Assembly (NCBI RefSeq): GCF_009914755.1
Contig: NC_060933.1
Length of the DNA: 64,000 bases
Source of the DNA: the human T2T-CHM13v2.0 reference genome, Homo sapiens
Reading direction: 5' to 3' (one strand)
Each line of letters begins with the position of its first letter. Positions within the stretch are counted from its first letter, which is position 1. Below are positions 27,157 to 41,100 of this stretch, in pieces. A program made the translations under genes and the position numbers. A model generated the notes under the pieces. That model was not told where the DNA came from. It ran no database searches and was given only the letters and a program-made list of their open reading frames with translations.

Positions 27157-30110
27157 TCCTTTCCATTCCAGTCCTTTCCATTCCATTCCACTCGGGTTGA
27201 TTCCATTCTATTAGTTTCTATTCCATTCCATTCCCTTCCATTCCACTCTTGTTGATTCCATTCCTTTCCATTCCACTCGAATACATTCCCTCCTATTCCA
27301 CTCGGAACGATTCCATTCCATTCCATTCCATTCCATTCCATTCCATTCCATTCCATTTCGTTGCATTCCATTCTATTCCGTATCATTCCATTCCATTCTA
27401 TTCCATTCCATTCCATTCCATTCCATTCCATTCCACTCGTGTTGATTCCATTCCTTTCCATTCCATTCGGTTTGAAGGCATTCCATTCCATTCCATTCCA
27501 TTCCATTCCATTCCATTCCTTTCAATTGTACTCGGGTTGATTCCATTCCATTGCATTCCATTCCATTCCATTCCATTCCATTCCGTTGCATTCCATTCCA
27601 TTACATTCGGATTGATTCTATTCAACTCCCTTACTCTCCTTTACATTCCATTCCATTCGGGTTGTTCCATTCCATTCCATTCCATTCCACTCCATTCCAT
27701 GGCACTCGGGTTGATTCCATTCCATTCCATTCCATTCCATTCCATTCCGGATGATTCCATTCCATTGCATTCCGTTCCATTACATTCCCCTGCACTCGCG
27801 TTGATTCCATTCCATTCCATTCCATTCCATTCAATTCCATTCCATTACAATTCGTTCCATTCCATTCTATTCCGTACCATTCCATTCCATTCCATACCAT
27901 TCCATTCCATTCCATTCCCTTCCATTCCGTTAAATTCCGTTCCATTCCATTCCATTCCATTCTATTCGGGTTAATTCCATTCCATTCCATTCCATTCCAT
28001 TCCATTCTACTCCATTCCATTGCAATCGAGTTGAATCCATTGCATTTCATTCCATTCCATTCCATTCCATTCCATTCCATTCCGGAAGATTCCATTCCAT
28101 TGCATTCTATTCCATTCCATTCCCCTGCACTCGCGTTGATTCCATTCCATTCCATTCCATTCCATTCAATTCCATTCCATTCCGTTCCGTTCCATTCCAT
28201 TCCATTCCATTCCATTCCATTCCATTCCGTTCCGTTCCATTCCATTCCATTCCATTCTATTCGGGTTAATTGCATTCCATTCCATTCGATTGCAATCGAC
28301 TTGATTCCATTCCATTCCATTCCATTCCATTCCATTCCATTCCATTCCATTCCTTTCCATTCCATTACGGATGATTCCATTCCATTGCATTCCATTCCAT
28401 TCCATTCACCTGTACTCGGGTTGATTCCATTCCATTCCATTCCAATCCTTGCCATTCAACTCGTGTTGATTCCATTCTTTCCATTCCATTCAAGTTGAAT
28501 CCATTCCATTGCATTCCATTCCATTCGATTCCATTCGATTGCACTCAGGTTGATTCCATTCCATTGCATTCCATTCCATTCCATTCCATTCCATTCCATT
28601 CCGTTCCATTCCATTCCATTATATTCGGATTGATTCTATTCAATTCCCTTACACTCCATTACATTCCATTCCATTCGGGTAGTTTCCAATCCATTCCATT
28701 CCATTCCTCTCCATTCCATTGCACTCGGGTTGATTCCATTCCATTGCATTCCATTCCATTCCATTCAATTCCACTCCGTTCCATTCCATTCCATTACATT
28801 CGGATTGATTCTATTCAACTCCCTTACTCTCCATTACATTTGATTCCATTCGGGTTGTTCCATTCCATTCCATTCCATTCCACTGCATTCCATTGCACTC
28901 GGGTTGATTCCATTCCATTCCATTCCATTCCGGAAGATTCCATTCCATTACATTCCATTACATTCCATTCCCCTGCACTCGCGTTGATTCCATTCCATTC
29001 CATTCCATTCCATTCAATTCCATTCCTTTCCGTTCCATTCCATTCCATTCCATTCCATTCCATTCCATTCCGTTCCGTTCCGTTCCATTCCATTCCATTC
29101 CATTCTATTCGGGTTAATTCCATTCCATTCCATTCGATTGCAATCGAGTTGATTCCATTCCATTCCATTCCAGTCCATTCCATTCCATTCCATTCCATTC
29201 CTTTCCATTCCATTACGGATGATTCCATTCCATTGCATTCCATTCCATTACATTCCCCTGTACTCGGGTTGATTCCATTCCATTGCATTCCAATCCATGC
29301 CCTTCCACTCGTGTTGATTCCATTCTTTCCATTCCATTCAAGTTGAATCCATTCCATTGCATTCCATTCCATTCGATTCCATTCGATTGCACTCGGGTTG
29401 ATTCCATTCCATTGCATTCCATTCCATTCCATTCCGTTCCATTCTCTTCCATTACATTCGGATTGATTCTATTCAATTCCCTTACACTCCATTATATTCC
29501 ATTCCATTCGGGTTGATTCCATTCCATTCCATTCCATTCCATTCCATTCCATTACAATCGAGTTGATTCCATTCCATTCCATTCCATTCCAGTCCTTTCC
29601 ATTCTATTCCACTAGGGTTGATTCCATTCTATTACATTCCATTCCATTCCATTCCCTTCCATTCCACTCTGGTTGATTCCATTCCTTTCCATTCCACTCG
29701 AATACATTCCCTCCTATTCCACTCGGAACGATTCCATTCCATTCCATTCCATTCCATTCCATTCCACTCCATTCCATTCCATTCCATTTCGTTCCATTCC
29801 ATTCTATTCCGTACCATTCCATTCCATTCCATTCCATTCCATTCCATTCCATTCCACTCGTGTTGATTCCATTGCTTTCCATTCCATTCGGTTTGAAGGC
29901 ATTCCATTCCATTCAATTGCATTCCATTCCATTCCATTCCATTCCATTCCATTCCATTCCATTCCATTCCATTGTACTCGGGTTGATTCAATTCCATTGC
30001 ATTCCATTCCATTCCATTCCGTTGCATTCCATTCCATTTCATTCGGATTGATTGTATTCAAATCCCTTACTCTCCATTACATTCCATTCCATTCGGGTTG
30101 TTCCATTCCA
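27157..30110 (+). repeat. ~2.9 kb copy of window positions 1 to ~2900
   Basis: Position 1 aligns to 27157; ORF pair 1324/28495. Shared variants CACCTGTACTC, CAATCCTTGCC, CATTTGATTCC, CATTCTCTTCC. Confidence 0.85.
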
Positions 30111-30669
30111 TTCCAATCCATTCCATTCCATTCGATTCCTTTCCATTCCATTCCATTCCATTCCATTCCATTCCTTTCCATTACATTACGGATGATTCCA
30201 TTCCATTGCATTCCTTTCCATTCCATTCCCCTGTACTCGGGTTGATTCCATTCCATTCCATTCCATTCCATGCCATTCCACTCGTGTTGATTCCATTCTT
30301 TCCATTCCATTCAAGTTGAATCCATTGCATTGCATTCCATTCCATTCGATTCCATTCGATTGCACTCGGGTTGATTCCATTCCATTGCATTCCATTCCAT
30401 TCCAGTCCATTCTGTTCCATTCCATTCCATTACATTCGGATTGATTCTATTCAATTCCCTTACACTCCATTACATTCCATTCCATTCGGGTAGTTTCCAT
30501 TCCATTCCATTCCATGCCTCTCCATTCCATTGCACTCGGGTTGATTCCATTCCATTCCATTCCATTCCATTCCATTCCATTCCATTCCATTCCATTACGG
30601 ATGATTCCATTCCATTGCATTACATTCCATTCCATTCCCCTGTACTCGGGCTGATTCCATTCCATTCCA

Positions 30670-33600
30670 TTCCATACCATTCCATTCCATTCCATTCCAT
30701 TCCATTCCGTTCCATTCTGTTCCATTCCATTCCATTCCATTCTATTCGTGTTAATTCCATTCCATTCTATTCCATTCCAGTCCATTGAAATCGAGTTGAT
30801 TCCATTCCATTCTATTCCATTCCATTCCATTCCGGATGATTCCATTCCATTGCATTCCATTCCATTCCATTCCCCTGCACTCGGATGGATTCCATTCCAT
30901 TCCATTACATTACATTACGTTCCATTCCGTTCCATTCTATTCTATTCGGGTTAATTCCATTCCATTCCATTCCACTCCATTCCATTCCATTCTATTCGGG
31001 TTAATTCCATTCCATAACATTCCATTCCATTCCATTCCATTCCAATCGAGTTGATTCCATTCCATTCCATTCCATTTCACTCAATTCCAGTCCTTTCCAT
31101 TCCATTCCACTCGGGTTGATTCCATTCTATTCCTTTCCATTCCATTCCATTCCATTGCAATCGAGTTGATTCCATTGCTTTGCATTCCATTCCATTCCAT
31201 TCCATTCCGGATGATTCCTTTCCATTGCATTCCATTCCATTCCATTCCCCTGCACTCGGGTTGATTCCATTCCATTCCACTCCATTCCATTGCATTCCAT
31301 TCCATTCCATTGTATTCGGGTTGATTCCATTGCATTCCTTTCCATTCCATTCCATTCCATTCCATTCCATTACAATAGAGTTGATTCCATTCCATTCCAT
31401 TCCATTCCAGTGCTTTCCATTCCATTCCACTCGGGTTGATTCCATTCTATTAGTTTCCATTCCATTCCATTCCCTTCCATTCCACTCTGGTTGATTCCAT
31501 TCCTTTCCATTCCACTCGAATACATTCCCTCCTATTCCACTCGGAACGATTCCATTCCATTCCATTCCATTCCATTCCATTCCATTCCATTTCGTTCCAT
31601 TCCATTCTATTCCGTACCATTCCATTCCATTCCATTCCATTCCATTCCATTCCACTCGTGTTGATTCCATTGCTTTCCATTCCATTCGGTTTGAAGGCAT
31701 TCCATTCCATTCAATTCCATTCCATTCCATTCCATTCCATTCCATTCCATTCCATTCCATTCCATTCCATTGTACTCGGGTTGATTCAATTCCACTGCAT
31801 TCCATTCCATTCCATTCCGTTGCATTCCATTCCATTTCATTCGGATTGATTGTATTCAAATCCCTTACTCTTCATTACATTCCATTCCATTCGGGTTGTT
31901 CCATTCCATTCCATTCCATTCCATTCCATTCCATACCATTCCATTCCATTCCATTCCATTCCATTCCGTTCCATTCCGTTCCATTCCATTCCATTCCATT
32001 CCATTCCATTCTATTCCATTCCATTGCAATCGAGTTGAATCCATTGCATTTCATTCCATTCCATTCCATTCCATTCCATTCCGGAAGATTCCATTCCATT
32101 GCATTCCATTCCATTCCATTCCCCTGCACTCGCGTTGATTCCATTCCATTCCATTCCATTCCATTCCATTCCGTTCCGTTCCGTTCCGTTCCATTTCATT
32201 CCATTCCATTCCATTCCATTCCATTCCGTTCCATTCCATTCCATTCCATTCCACTCTATTCGGGTTAATTCCATTCCATTCCATTCGATTGCAATCGAGT
32301 TGATTCCATTCCATTCCATTCCATTCCATTCCATTCCTTTCCCCTGTACTCGGGTTGATTCCATTCCATTCCATTCCAATCCATGCCATTCCACTCGTGT
32401 TGATTCCATTCTTTCCATTCCATTCAAGATGAATCCATTCCATTGCATTCCATTCCATTCAATTCCATTCGTTTGCACTCGTGTTGATTCCATGGCATTG
32501 CATTCCATTCCATTGCATTCCATTTCATTCCATTCCATTCCTTTCCATTCCATTCCATTCCATTCGGATTCATTCTATTCAATTCCCTTAGGCTTCATTG
32601 CATTGCATTCCATTCGGGTTGTTCCATTCCATTCCATTCCATTCCACTCCATTCCATTGCACTGGGGTTGATTCCATTCCATTCCTTTCCATTCCATTCC
32701 ATTCCATTCCGGATGATTCCATTCCATTGCATTCCGTTCCATTCCATTCCCCTGCAGTCGCGTTGATTCCATTCCATTCCATTCCATTCCATTCCATTCC
32801 ATTCCATTCCATTCCATTGTACTCGGGTTGATTCCATTCCATTGCATTCCATTCCATTCCATTCCATTCCATTCTATTCCATTCCATTCCGTTGCTTTCC
32901 ATTCCATTACATTCGGATTGATTCGATTCAACTCCCTTACTCTCCATTACATTCCATTCCATTCGGGTTCTTCCATTCCATTCCATTCCATTCCACTCCA
33001 TTCCATTGCACTCGGGTTGATTCCATTCCATTCCATTCCATTCCATTCATTCCGGATGATTCCATTCCATTGCATTCCGTTCCATTACATTCCCCTTCAC
33101 TCGCGTTGATTCCATTCCATTCCATTCCATTCCATTCAATTCCATTCCATTACAATTCGTTCCATTCCATTCTATTCCGTACCATTCCATTCCATTCCAT
33201 ACCGTTCCATTCCATTCCATTCCATTCCATTCCGTTCCATTCCGTTCCATTCCATTCCATTCCATTCTATTCGGGTTAATTCCATTCCATTCCATTCCGT
33301 TCCATTCCATTCCATTCCATTCCATTGCATTACATTCCGTTCCATTCCGTTCCATTCCATTCCATTCCATTCTATTCGGGTTAATTCCATTCCATTCCAT
33401 TCCATTCCATTCCATTCCATTCTATTCCATTCCTTTGCAATCGAGTTGAATCCATTGCATTTCATTCCATTCTTTTCCGTTCCATTCCATTCCCTTCCGG
33501 AAGATTCCATTCCATTGCATTCCATTCCATTCCATTCCCCTGCACTCGCGTTGATTCCATTCCATTCCATTCCATTCCATTCCATTCCATTCCGTTCCGT

Positions 33601-36600
33601 TCCGTTCCATTCCATTCCATTCCATTCCGTTCCGTTCCATTCCATTCCATTCCATTCCATTCTATTCGGGTTAATTCCATTCCATTCCATTCGATTGCAA
33701 TCGAGTTGATTCCATTCCATTCCATTCCATTCCATTCCATTCCATTCCTTTCCATTACATTACGGATGATTCCATTCCATTCCATTCCATTCCATTCCAT
33801 TCCGGATGATTCCATTCCATTGCATTCCGTTCCATTCCATTCCCCTGCACTCGCGTTGATTCCATTCCATTCCATTCCATTCCATTCAATTCCATTCCAT
33901 TCCTTTCTATTCCATTACGGATGATTCCATTCCATTGCATTCCATTCCATTCCATTCCCCTGTACTCGGGTTGATTCCATTCCCTTCCATTCCAATCCAT
34001 GCCATTCCACTCGTGTTGATTCCATTCTTTCCATTCCATTCAAGTTGAATCTATTCCATTGCATTCCATTCCATTCCATTCCCCTGAAGTCGGGTTGATT
34101 CCATTCCATTCCATTCCATTCCATTCCATTCCATTCCATCCGTTCCGTTCCATTCCATTCCATTCCATTCTATTCGGGTTAATTCCATTCCATTCTATTC
34201 CATTCCATTCCATTCCAATCCATTCAGTTCCATTCCATTCCATTCCATTCCATTCTATTCGGGTTAATTCCATTCCATTCCATTCCATTACATACCATTC
34301 CATTCCATTCCATTCCATTCCATTCCATTCCGTTCCATTCCGTTCCATTCCATTCCATTCCATTCTATTCGTGTTAATTCCATTCCATTCTATTCCATTC
34401 CAGTCCATTGAAATCGAGTTGATTCCATTCCATTCCATTCCATTCCGGATGATTCCATTCCATTGCATTCCATTCCATTCCATTCCCCTGCACTCGGATG
34501 GATTCCATTCCATTCCATTACATTACATTACGTTCCATTCCGTTCCATTCTATTCTATCCGGGTTAATTCCATTCCATTCCATTCCACTCCATTCCATTC
34601 CATTCTATTCGGGTTAATTCCATTCCATAACATTCCATTCCATTCCATTCTATTCCAATCGAGTTGATTCCATTCCATTCCATTCCATTTCACTCAATTC
34701 CAGTCCTTTCCATTCCATTCCACTCGGGTTGATTCCATTCTATTCCTTTCCATTCCATTCCATTCCATTGCAATCGAGTTGATTCCATTGCTTTGCATTC
34801 CATTCCATTCCATTCCATTCCGGATGATTCCTTTCCATTGCATTCCATTCCATTCCATTCCCCTGCACTCGGGTTGATTCCATTCCATTCCACTCCATTC
34901 CATTGCATTCCATTCCATTCCATTGTATTCGGGTTGATTCCATTGCATTCCTTTCCATTCCATTCCATTCCATTCCATTCCATTACAATCGAGTTGATTC
35001 CATTCCATTCCATTCCATTCCAGTGCTTTCCATTCCATTCCACTCGGGTTGATTCCATTCTATTAGTTTCCATTCCATTCCATTCCCTTCCATTCCACTC
35101 TGGTTGATTCCATTCCTTTCCATTCCACTCGAATACATTCCCTCCTATTCCACTCGGAACGATTCCATTCCATTCCATTCCATTCCATTCCATTCCATTC
35201 CATTCCATTTCGTTCCATTCCATTCTATTCCGTACCATTCCATTCCATTCCATTCCATTCCATTCCACTCGTGTTGATTCCATTGCTTTCCATTCCATTC
35301 GGTTTGAAGGCATTCCATTCCATTCAATTCCATTCCATTCCATTCCATTCCATTCCATTCCATTCCATTCCATTGTACTCGGGTTGATTCAATTCCATTG
35401 CATTCCATTCCATTCCATTCCGTTGCATTCCATTCCATTTCATTCGGATTGATTGTATTCAAATCCCTTACTCTTCATTACATTCCATTCCATTCGGGTT
35501 GTTCCATTCCATTCCATTCCATTCCATTCCATTCCATTCCATACCATTCCATTCCATTCCATTCCATTCCATTCCGTTCCATTCCGTTCCATTCCATTCC
35601 ATTCCATTCTATTCGGGTTAATTCCATTCCATTCCATTCCATTCCATTCCATTCTATTCCATTCCATTGCAATCGAGTTGAATCTATTGCATTTCATTCC
35701 ATTCTATTCCATTCCATTCCATTCCGGAAGATTCCATTCCACTGCATTCCATTCCATTCCATTCCCCTGCACTCGCGTTGATTCCATTCCATTCCATTCC
35801 ATTCCGTTCCGTTCCGTTCCGTTCCATTTCATTCCATTCCATTCCATTCCATTCCGTTCCGTTCCATTCCATTCCATTCCATTCCACTCTATTCGGGTTA
35901 ATTCCATTCCATTCCATTCAACTGCAATCGAGTTGATTCCATTCCATTCCATTCCATTCCATTCCATTCCTTTACCCTGTACTCGGGTTGATTCCTTTCC
36001 ATTCTATTCCAATCCATGCCATTCCACTCGTGTTGATTCCATTCTTTCCATTCCATTCAAGATGAATCCATTCCATTGCATTCCATTCCATTCGATTCCA
36101 TTCGTTTGCACTCGTGTTGATTCCATGGCATTGCATTCCATTCCATTGCATTCCATTTCATTCCATTCCATTCCTTTCCATTCCATTCCATTCCATTCGG
36201 ATTCATTCTATTCAATTCCCTTACACTCCATTACATTACATTCCATTCGGGTTGTTCCATTCCATTCCATTCCATTCCACTCCATTCCATTGCACTGGGG
36301 TTGATTCCATTCCATTCCTTTCCATTCCATTCCATTCCATTCCGGATGATTCCATTCCATTGCATTCCGTTCCATTCCATTCCCCTGCAGTCGCGTTGAT
36401 TCCATTCCATTCCATTCCATTCCATTCCATTCCATTCCATTCCATTCCATTCCATTGTACTCGGGTTGATTCCATTCCATTGCATTCCATTCCATTCCAT
36501 TCCATTCCATTCTATTCCATTCCATTCCGTTGCTTTCCATTCCATTACATTCGGATTGATTCTATTCAACTCCCTTACTCTCCATTACATTCCATTCCAT

Positions 36601-37600
36601 TCGGGTTCCTCCATTCCATTCCATTCCATTCCACTCCATTCCATTGCACTCGGGTTGATTCCATTGCATTCCATTCCATTCCATTCATTCCGGATGATTC
36701 CATTCCATTGCATTCCGTTCCATTACATTCCCCTGCACTCGCGTTGATTCCATTCCATTCCATTCCATTCCATTCAATTCCATTCCATTACAATTCGTTC
36801 CATTCCATTCTATTCCGTACCATTCCATTCCATTCCATACCATTCCATTCCATTCCATTCCATTCCATTCCGTTCCATTCCGTTCCATTCCATTCCATTC
36901 CATTCTATTCGGGTTAATTCCATTCCATTCCATTCCGTTCCATTCCATTCCATTCCATTCCATTGCATTCCATTCCGTTCCATTCCGTTCCATTCCATTC
37001 CATTCCATTGCATTCCATTCTATTCGGTTAACTCCATTCCATTCCATTCCATTCCATTCCATTCTATTCCATTCCATTGCCATTGAGTTGAATCCATTGC
37101 ATTCCATTCCATTCCATTCCCCTGCACTCGCGTTGATTCCATTCCATTCCATTCCATTCCATTCCATTCCATTACGTTCCGTTCCGTTCCATTCCATTCC
37201 ATTCCATTCCATTCCGTTCCGTTCCATTCCATTCCATTCCATTCCATTCTATTCGGGTTAATTCCATTCCATTCCATTCGATTGCAATCGAGTTGATTCC
37301 ATTCCATTCCATTCCATTCCATTCCATTCCATTCCATTCCTTTCCATTACATTACGGATGATTCCATTCCATTACATTCCATTCCATTCCATTCCCCTGT
37401 ACTCGGGTTGATTCCATTCCATTCCATTCCAATCCATGCCATTCCACTCGTGTTGATTCCATTCTTTCCATTCCATTCAAGATGAATCCATTCCATTGCA
37501 TTCCATTCCATTCGATTCCATTCGTTTGCACTCGTGTTGATTCCATGGCATTGCATTCCATTCCTTTCCATTCCATTCCATTCCTTTCCATTCCATTCCA
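30670..37600 (+). repeat. ~3.6 kb imperfect tandem duplication (~30670-34280 / ~34285-37600)
   Basis: ORF pairs 31081/34694 and 31180/34793 (offset 3613), 32575/36208, 32937/36575. Private variants CAGTCCATTGAAATCG, CTCGGATGGATTCC, CCATAACATT, CATTTCACTCAATTCC and CAGTGCTTTCC each occur twice. Confidence 0.85.
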
Positions 37601-38169
37601 TTCCATTCGGATTCATTCTATTCAATTCCCTTACACTCCATTACATTACATTCCATTCGGGTTGATTCCATTCCATTCCATTCCATTCCATTCCATTCCG
37701 TTCCATTCCGGATGATTCCATTCCATTGCATTCCTTTCCATTCCATTCCCCTGCACTCGCGTTGATTCCATTCCATTCCATTCCATTCCATTCAATTCCA
37801 TTCCATTACAATTCGTTCCATTCCATTCTATTCCGTACCATTCCATTCAATTCCATACCATTCCATTCCATTAAATTGCATTCCATTCCATTCAGTTCCA
37901 TTCCATTCCATTCCATTTTATTCGGGTTAATTCCATTCCATTCCATTCCATTCCATTCCATTCCATTCTATTCCATTCCATTGCAATCGAGTTGAATCCA
38001 TTGCATTTCATTCCATTCCATTCCATTCCGAAAGATTCCATTCCATTGCATTCCATTCCATTCCATTCCCCTGCACTCGCGTTGATTCCATTCCATTCCA
38101 TTCCATTCCATTCCATTCCATTCCATTCCGTTCCGTTCCGTTCCGTTCCGTTCCATTCCATTCCATTCC

Positions 38170-41100
38170 ATTCTATTCGGGTTAATTCCATTCCATTCCA
38201 TTCCATTCCATTCCATTCCATTCCATTCCAATCGAGTTGATTCCATTCCATTCCATTCCATTCCATTCCATTCCACTCCATTCCAGTCCTTTCCATTTCA
38301 TTCCACTCGGGTTGATTCCATTCTATTCCTTTCCATTCCATTCCATTCCATTGCAATCGAGTTGATTCCATTGCTTTGCATTCCATTCCATTCCATTCCA
38401 TTCCGGATGATTCCATTCCATTGTATTCCATTCCATTACATTCCCCTGCACTCGGGTTGATTCCATTCCATTCCACTCCATTGCGTTCCATTCCGTTCCA
38501 TTCCATTGTATTCGGGTTAATTCCATTCCATTCCATTCCATTCCATTCCATTCCATTCCATTACAATAGAGTTGATTCCATTCCATTCCATTCCAGTCCT
38601 TTCCATTCCATTCCACTCGGATTGATTCCATTCTACTAGTTTCCATTCCATTCCATTCCCTTCCATTCCACTCTGGCTGATTCCATTCCTTTCCATTCCA
38701 CTCGAATACATTCCCTCCTATTCCACTCGGAACGATTCCATTCCATTACATTCCATTCCATTCCATTCCATTCCATTTCGTTCCATTCCATTCTATTCCG
38801 TACCATTCCATTCCATTCCATTCCATTCCATTCCATTCCATTCCACTCGTGTTGATTCCATTCCTTTCCATTCCATTCGGTTTGAAGGCATTCCATTCCA
38901 TTCAATTCCATTCCATTTCATTCCATTCCATTCCATTCCATTCCATTGCATTCCCTTCCATTCCATTCCATTGTACTCGGGTTGATTCCATTCCATTGCA
39001 TTCCATTCCATTCCATTCCATTCCATTCCATTCCATTCCATTCCGTTGCTTTCCATTCCATTACATTCGGATTGATTCTATTCAACTCCCTTACTCTCCA
39101 TTACATTCCATTCCATTCGGGTTGTTCCATTCCATTTCATTCCATTCCACTCCATTCCATTGCACTCGGGTTGATTCCATTCCATTCCATTCCTTTCCAT
39201 TCCATTCCATTCCGGATGATTCCATTCCATTGCATTCCGTTCCATTCCATTCCCCTGCACTCGCGTTGATTCCATTCCATTCCATTCCATTCAATTCCAT
39301 TCCATTACAATTCGTTCCATTCCATTCTATTCCGTACCATTCCATTCCATTCCATACCATTCCATTCCATTCCATTCCATTGCATTCCATTCCATTACGT
39401 TCCATTCCGTTCCATTCCATTCCATTCCATTCCATTCTATTCGGGTTAATTCCATTCCATTCCATTCCATTCCATTCCATTCCATTCTATTCCATTCCAT
39501 TGCAATCGAGTTGAATCCATTGCATTTCATTCCATTCCATTCCATTCCATTCCATTCCGGAAGATTCCATTCCATTGCATTCCATTGCATTCCATTCCCC
39601 TGCACTCGCGTAGATTCCATTCCATTCCATTCCATTCCATTCCGTTCCGTTCCGTTCCGTTCCATTCCATTCCATTCCATTCCATTCCATTCCGTTCCAT
39701 TCCATTCCATTCCATTCCATTCTATTCGGGTTAATTCCATTCCATTCCATTCGATTGCAATCGAGTTGATTCCATTCCATTCCATTCCATTCCATTCCAC
39801 TTCATTCCATTCCATTCCTTTCCATTACATTACGGATGATTCCATTCCATTTCATTCCATTCCATTCCATTCCCCAGTACTCGGGTTGATGCCATTCCAT
39901 TCCATTCCAATCCATGGCATTCCACTCGTGTTGATTCCATTCTTTCCATTCCATTCAAGATGAATCCATTCCATTGCATTCCATTCCATTCGATTCCATT
40001 CGTTTGCACTCGTGTTGATTCCATGGCATTGCATTCCATTCCGTTCCATTCCATTCCTTTCCATTCCATTCCATTCCTTTCCATTCCATTCCATTCCATT
40101 CGGATTCATTCTATTCAATTCCCTTACACTCCATTACGTTACATTCCATTCGGGTTGTTCCATTCCATTCCATTCCATTTCACTCCATTCCATTGCACTC
40201 GGGTTGATTCCATTCCATTCCATTCCATTCCATTCGGGATGATTCCATTCCATTGCATTCCGTTCTATTCCATTCCCCTGCACTCGCGCTGATTCCATTC
40301 CATTCCATTCCATTCCATTCAATTCCATTCCATTACAATTCGTTCCATTCCATTCTATTCCGTACCATTCCATTCAATTCCATACCATTGCATTCCATTC
40401 CATTCCATTCCATTCCATTCAGTTCCATTCCGTTCCATTCCATTCCATTCCATTCTATTCGGGTTAATTCCATTCCATTCCATTCCATTCCATTCCATTC
40501 CATTCCATTCCAATCTATTCCATTCCATTGCAATCGAGTTGAATCCATTGCATTTCATTCCATTCCATTCCATTCCATTCCATTCCATTCCCGAAAATTC
40601 CATTCCATTGCATTCCTTTCATTCCATTCCCCTGCACTCGCGTTGATTCCATTCCATTCCATTCCATTCCATTCCATTCAGTTCCGTTCCGTACCATTCC
40701 ATTCCATTCCATTCCATTCCATTTCGTTCCGTTCCATTCCATTCCATTCCATTCTATTCGGGTTAATTCCATTCCATTCCATTCGATTGCAATCGAGTTG
40801 ATTCCATTCCATTCCATTCCATTCCATTCCATTCCATTCCATTACGGATGATTCCATTCCATTGCATTCCATTCCATTCCATTCCCCTGTACTCGGGTTG
40901 ACTCCATTCCCTTCCATTCCAATCCATGCCATTCCACTCGTGTTGATTCCATTCTTTCCATTCCATTCAAGTTGAATCCATTCCATTGCATTCCATTCCA
41001 TTCCATTCCCCTGCAATCGGGTTGATTCCATTCCATTCCATTCCATTCAATTCCATTCCATTCCATTCCGTTCCGTTCCGTTCCGTTCTGTTCCATTCCA

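Larger units (their letters stand above)
1756..40601. promoter_or_regulatory. Dispersed canonical 3-unit heat-shock element matches (nTTCnnGAAnnTTCn), about 21 copies; sequence match only
   Basis: nTTCcgGAAgaTTCc starting at ~1756, 3114, 6895, 7000, 8293, 8747, 9600, 11117, 11706, 17621, 19792, 22642, 26378, 28079, 28927, 32078, 33494, 35721, 39554. Variants: aTTCcgGAAgtTTCc at 15638 and aTTCccGAAaaTTCc at 40587. Function not demonstrated. Confidence 0.55.

Noticed and set aside
30670-37600. 3.6 kb period suggesting the Y-chromosome DYZ1 repeat
   Set aside because: Only two imperfect local copies are present, not a continuous homogeneous 3.6 kb array. Length similarity alone is insufficient; alignment to a DYZ1 consensus would settle it.
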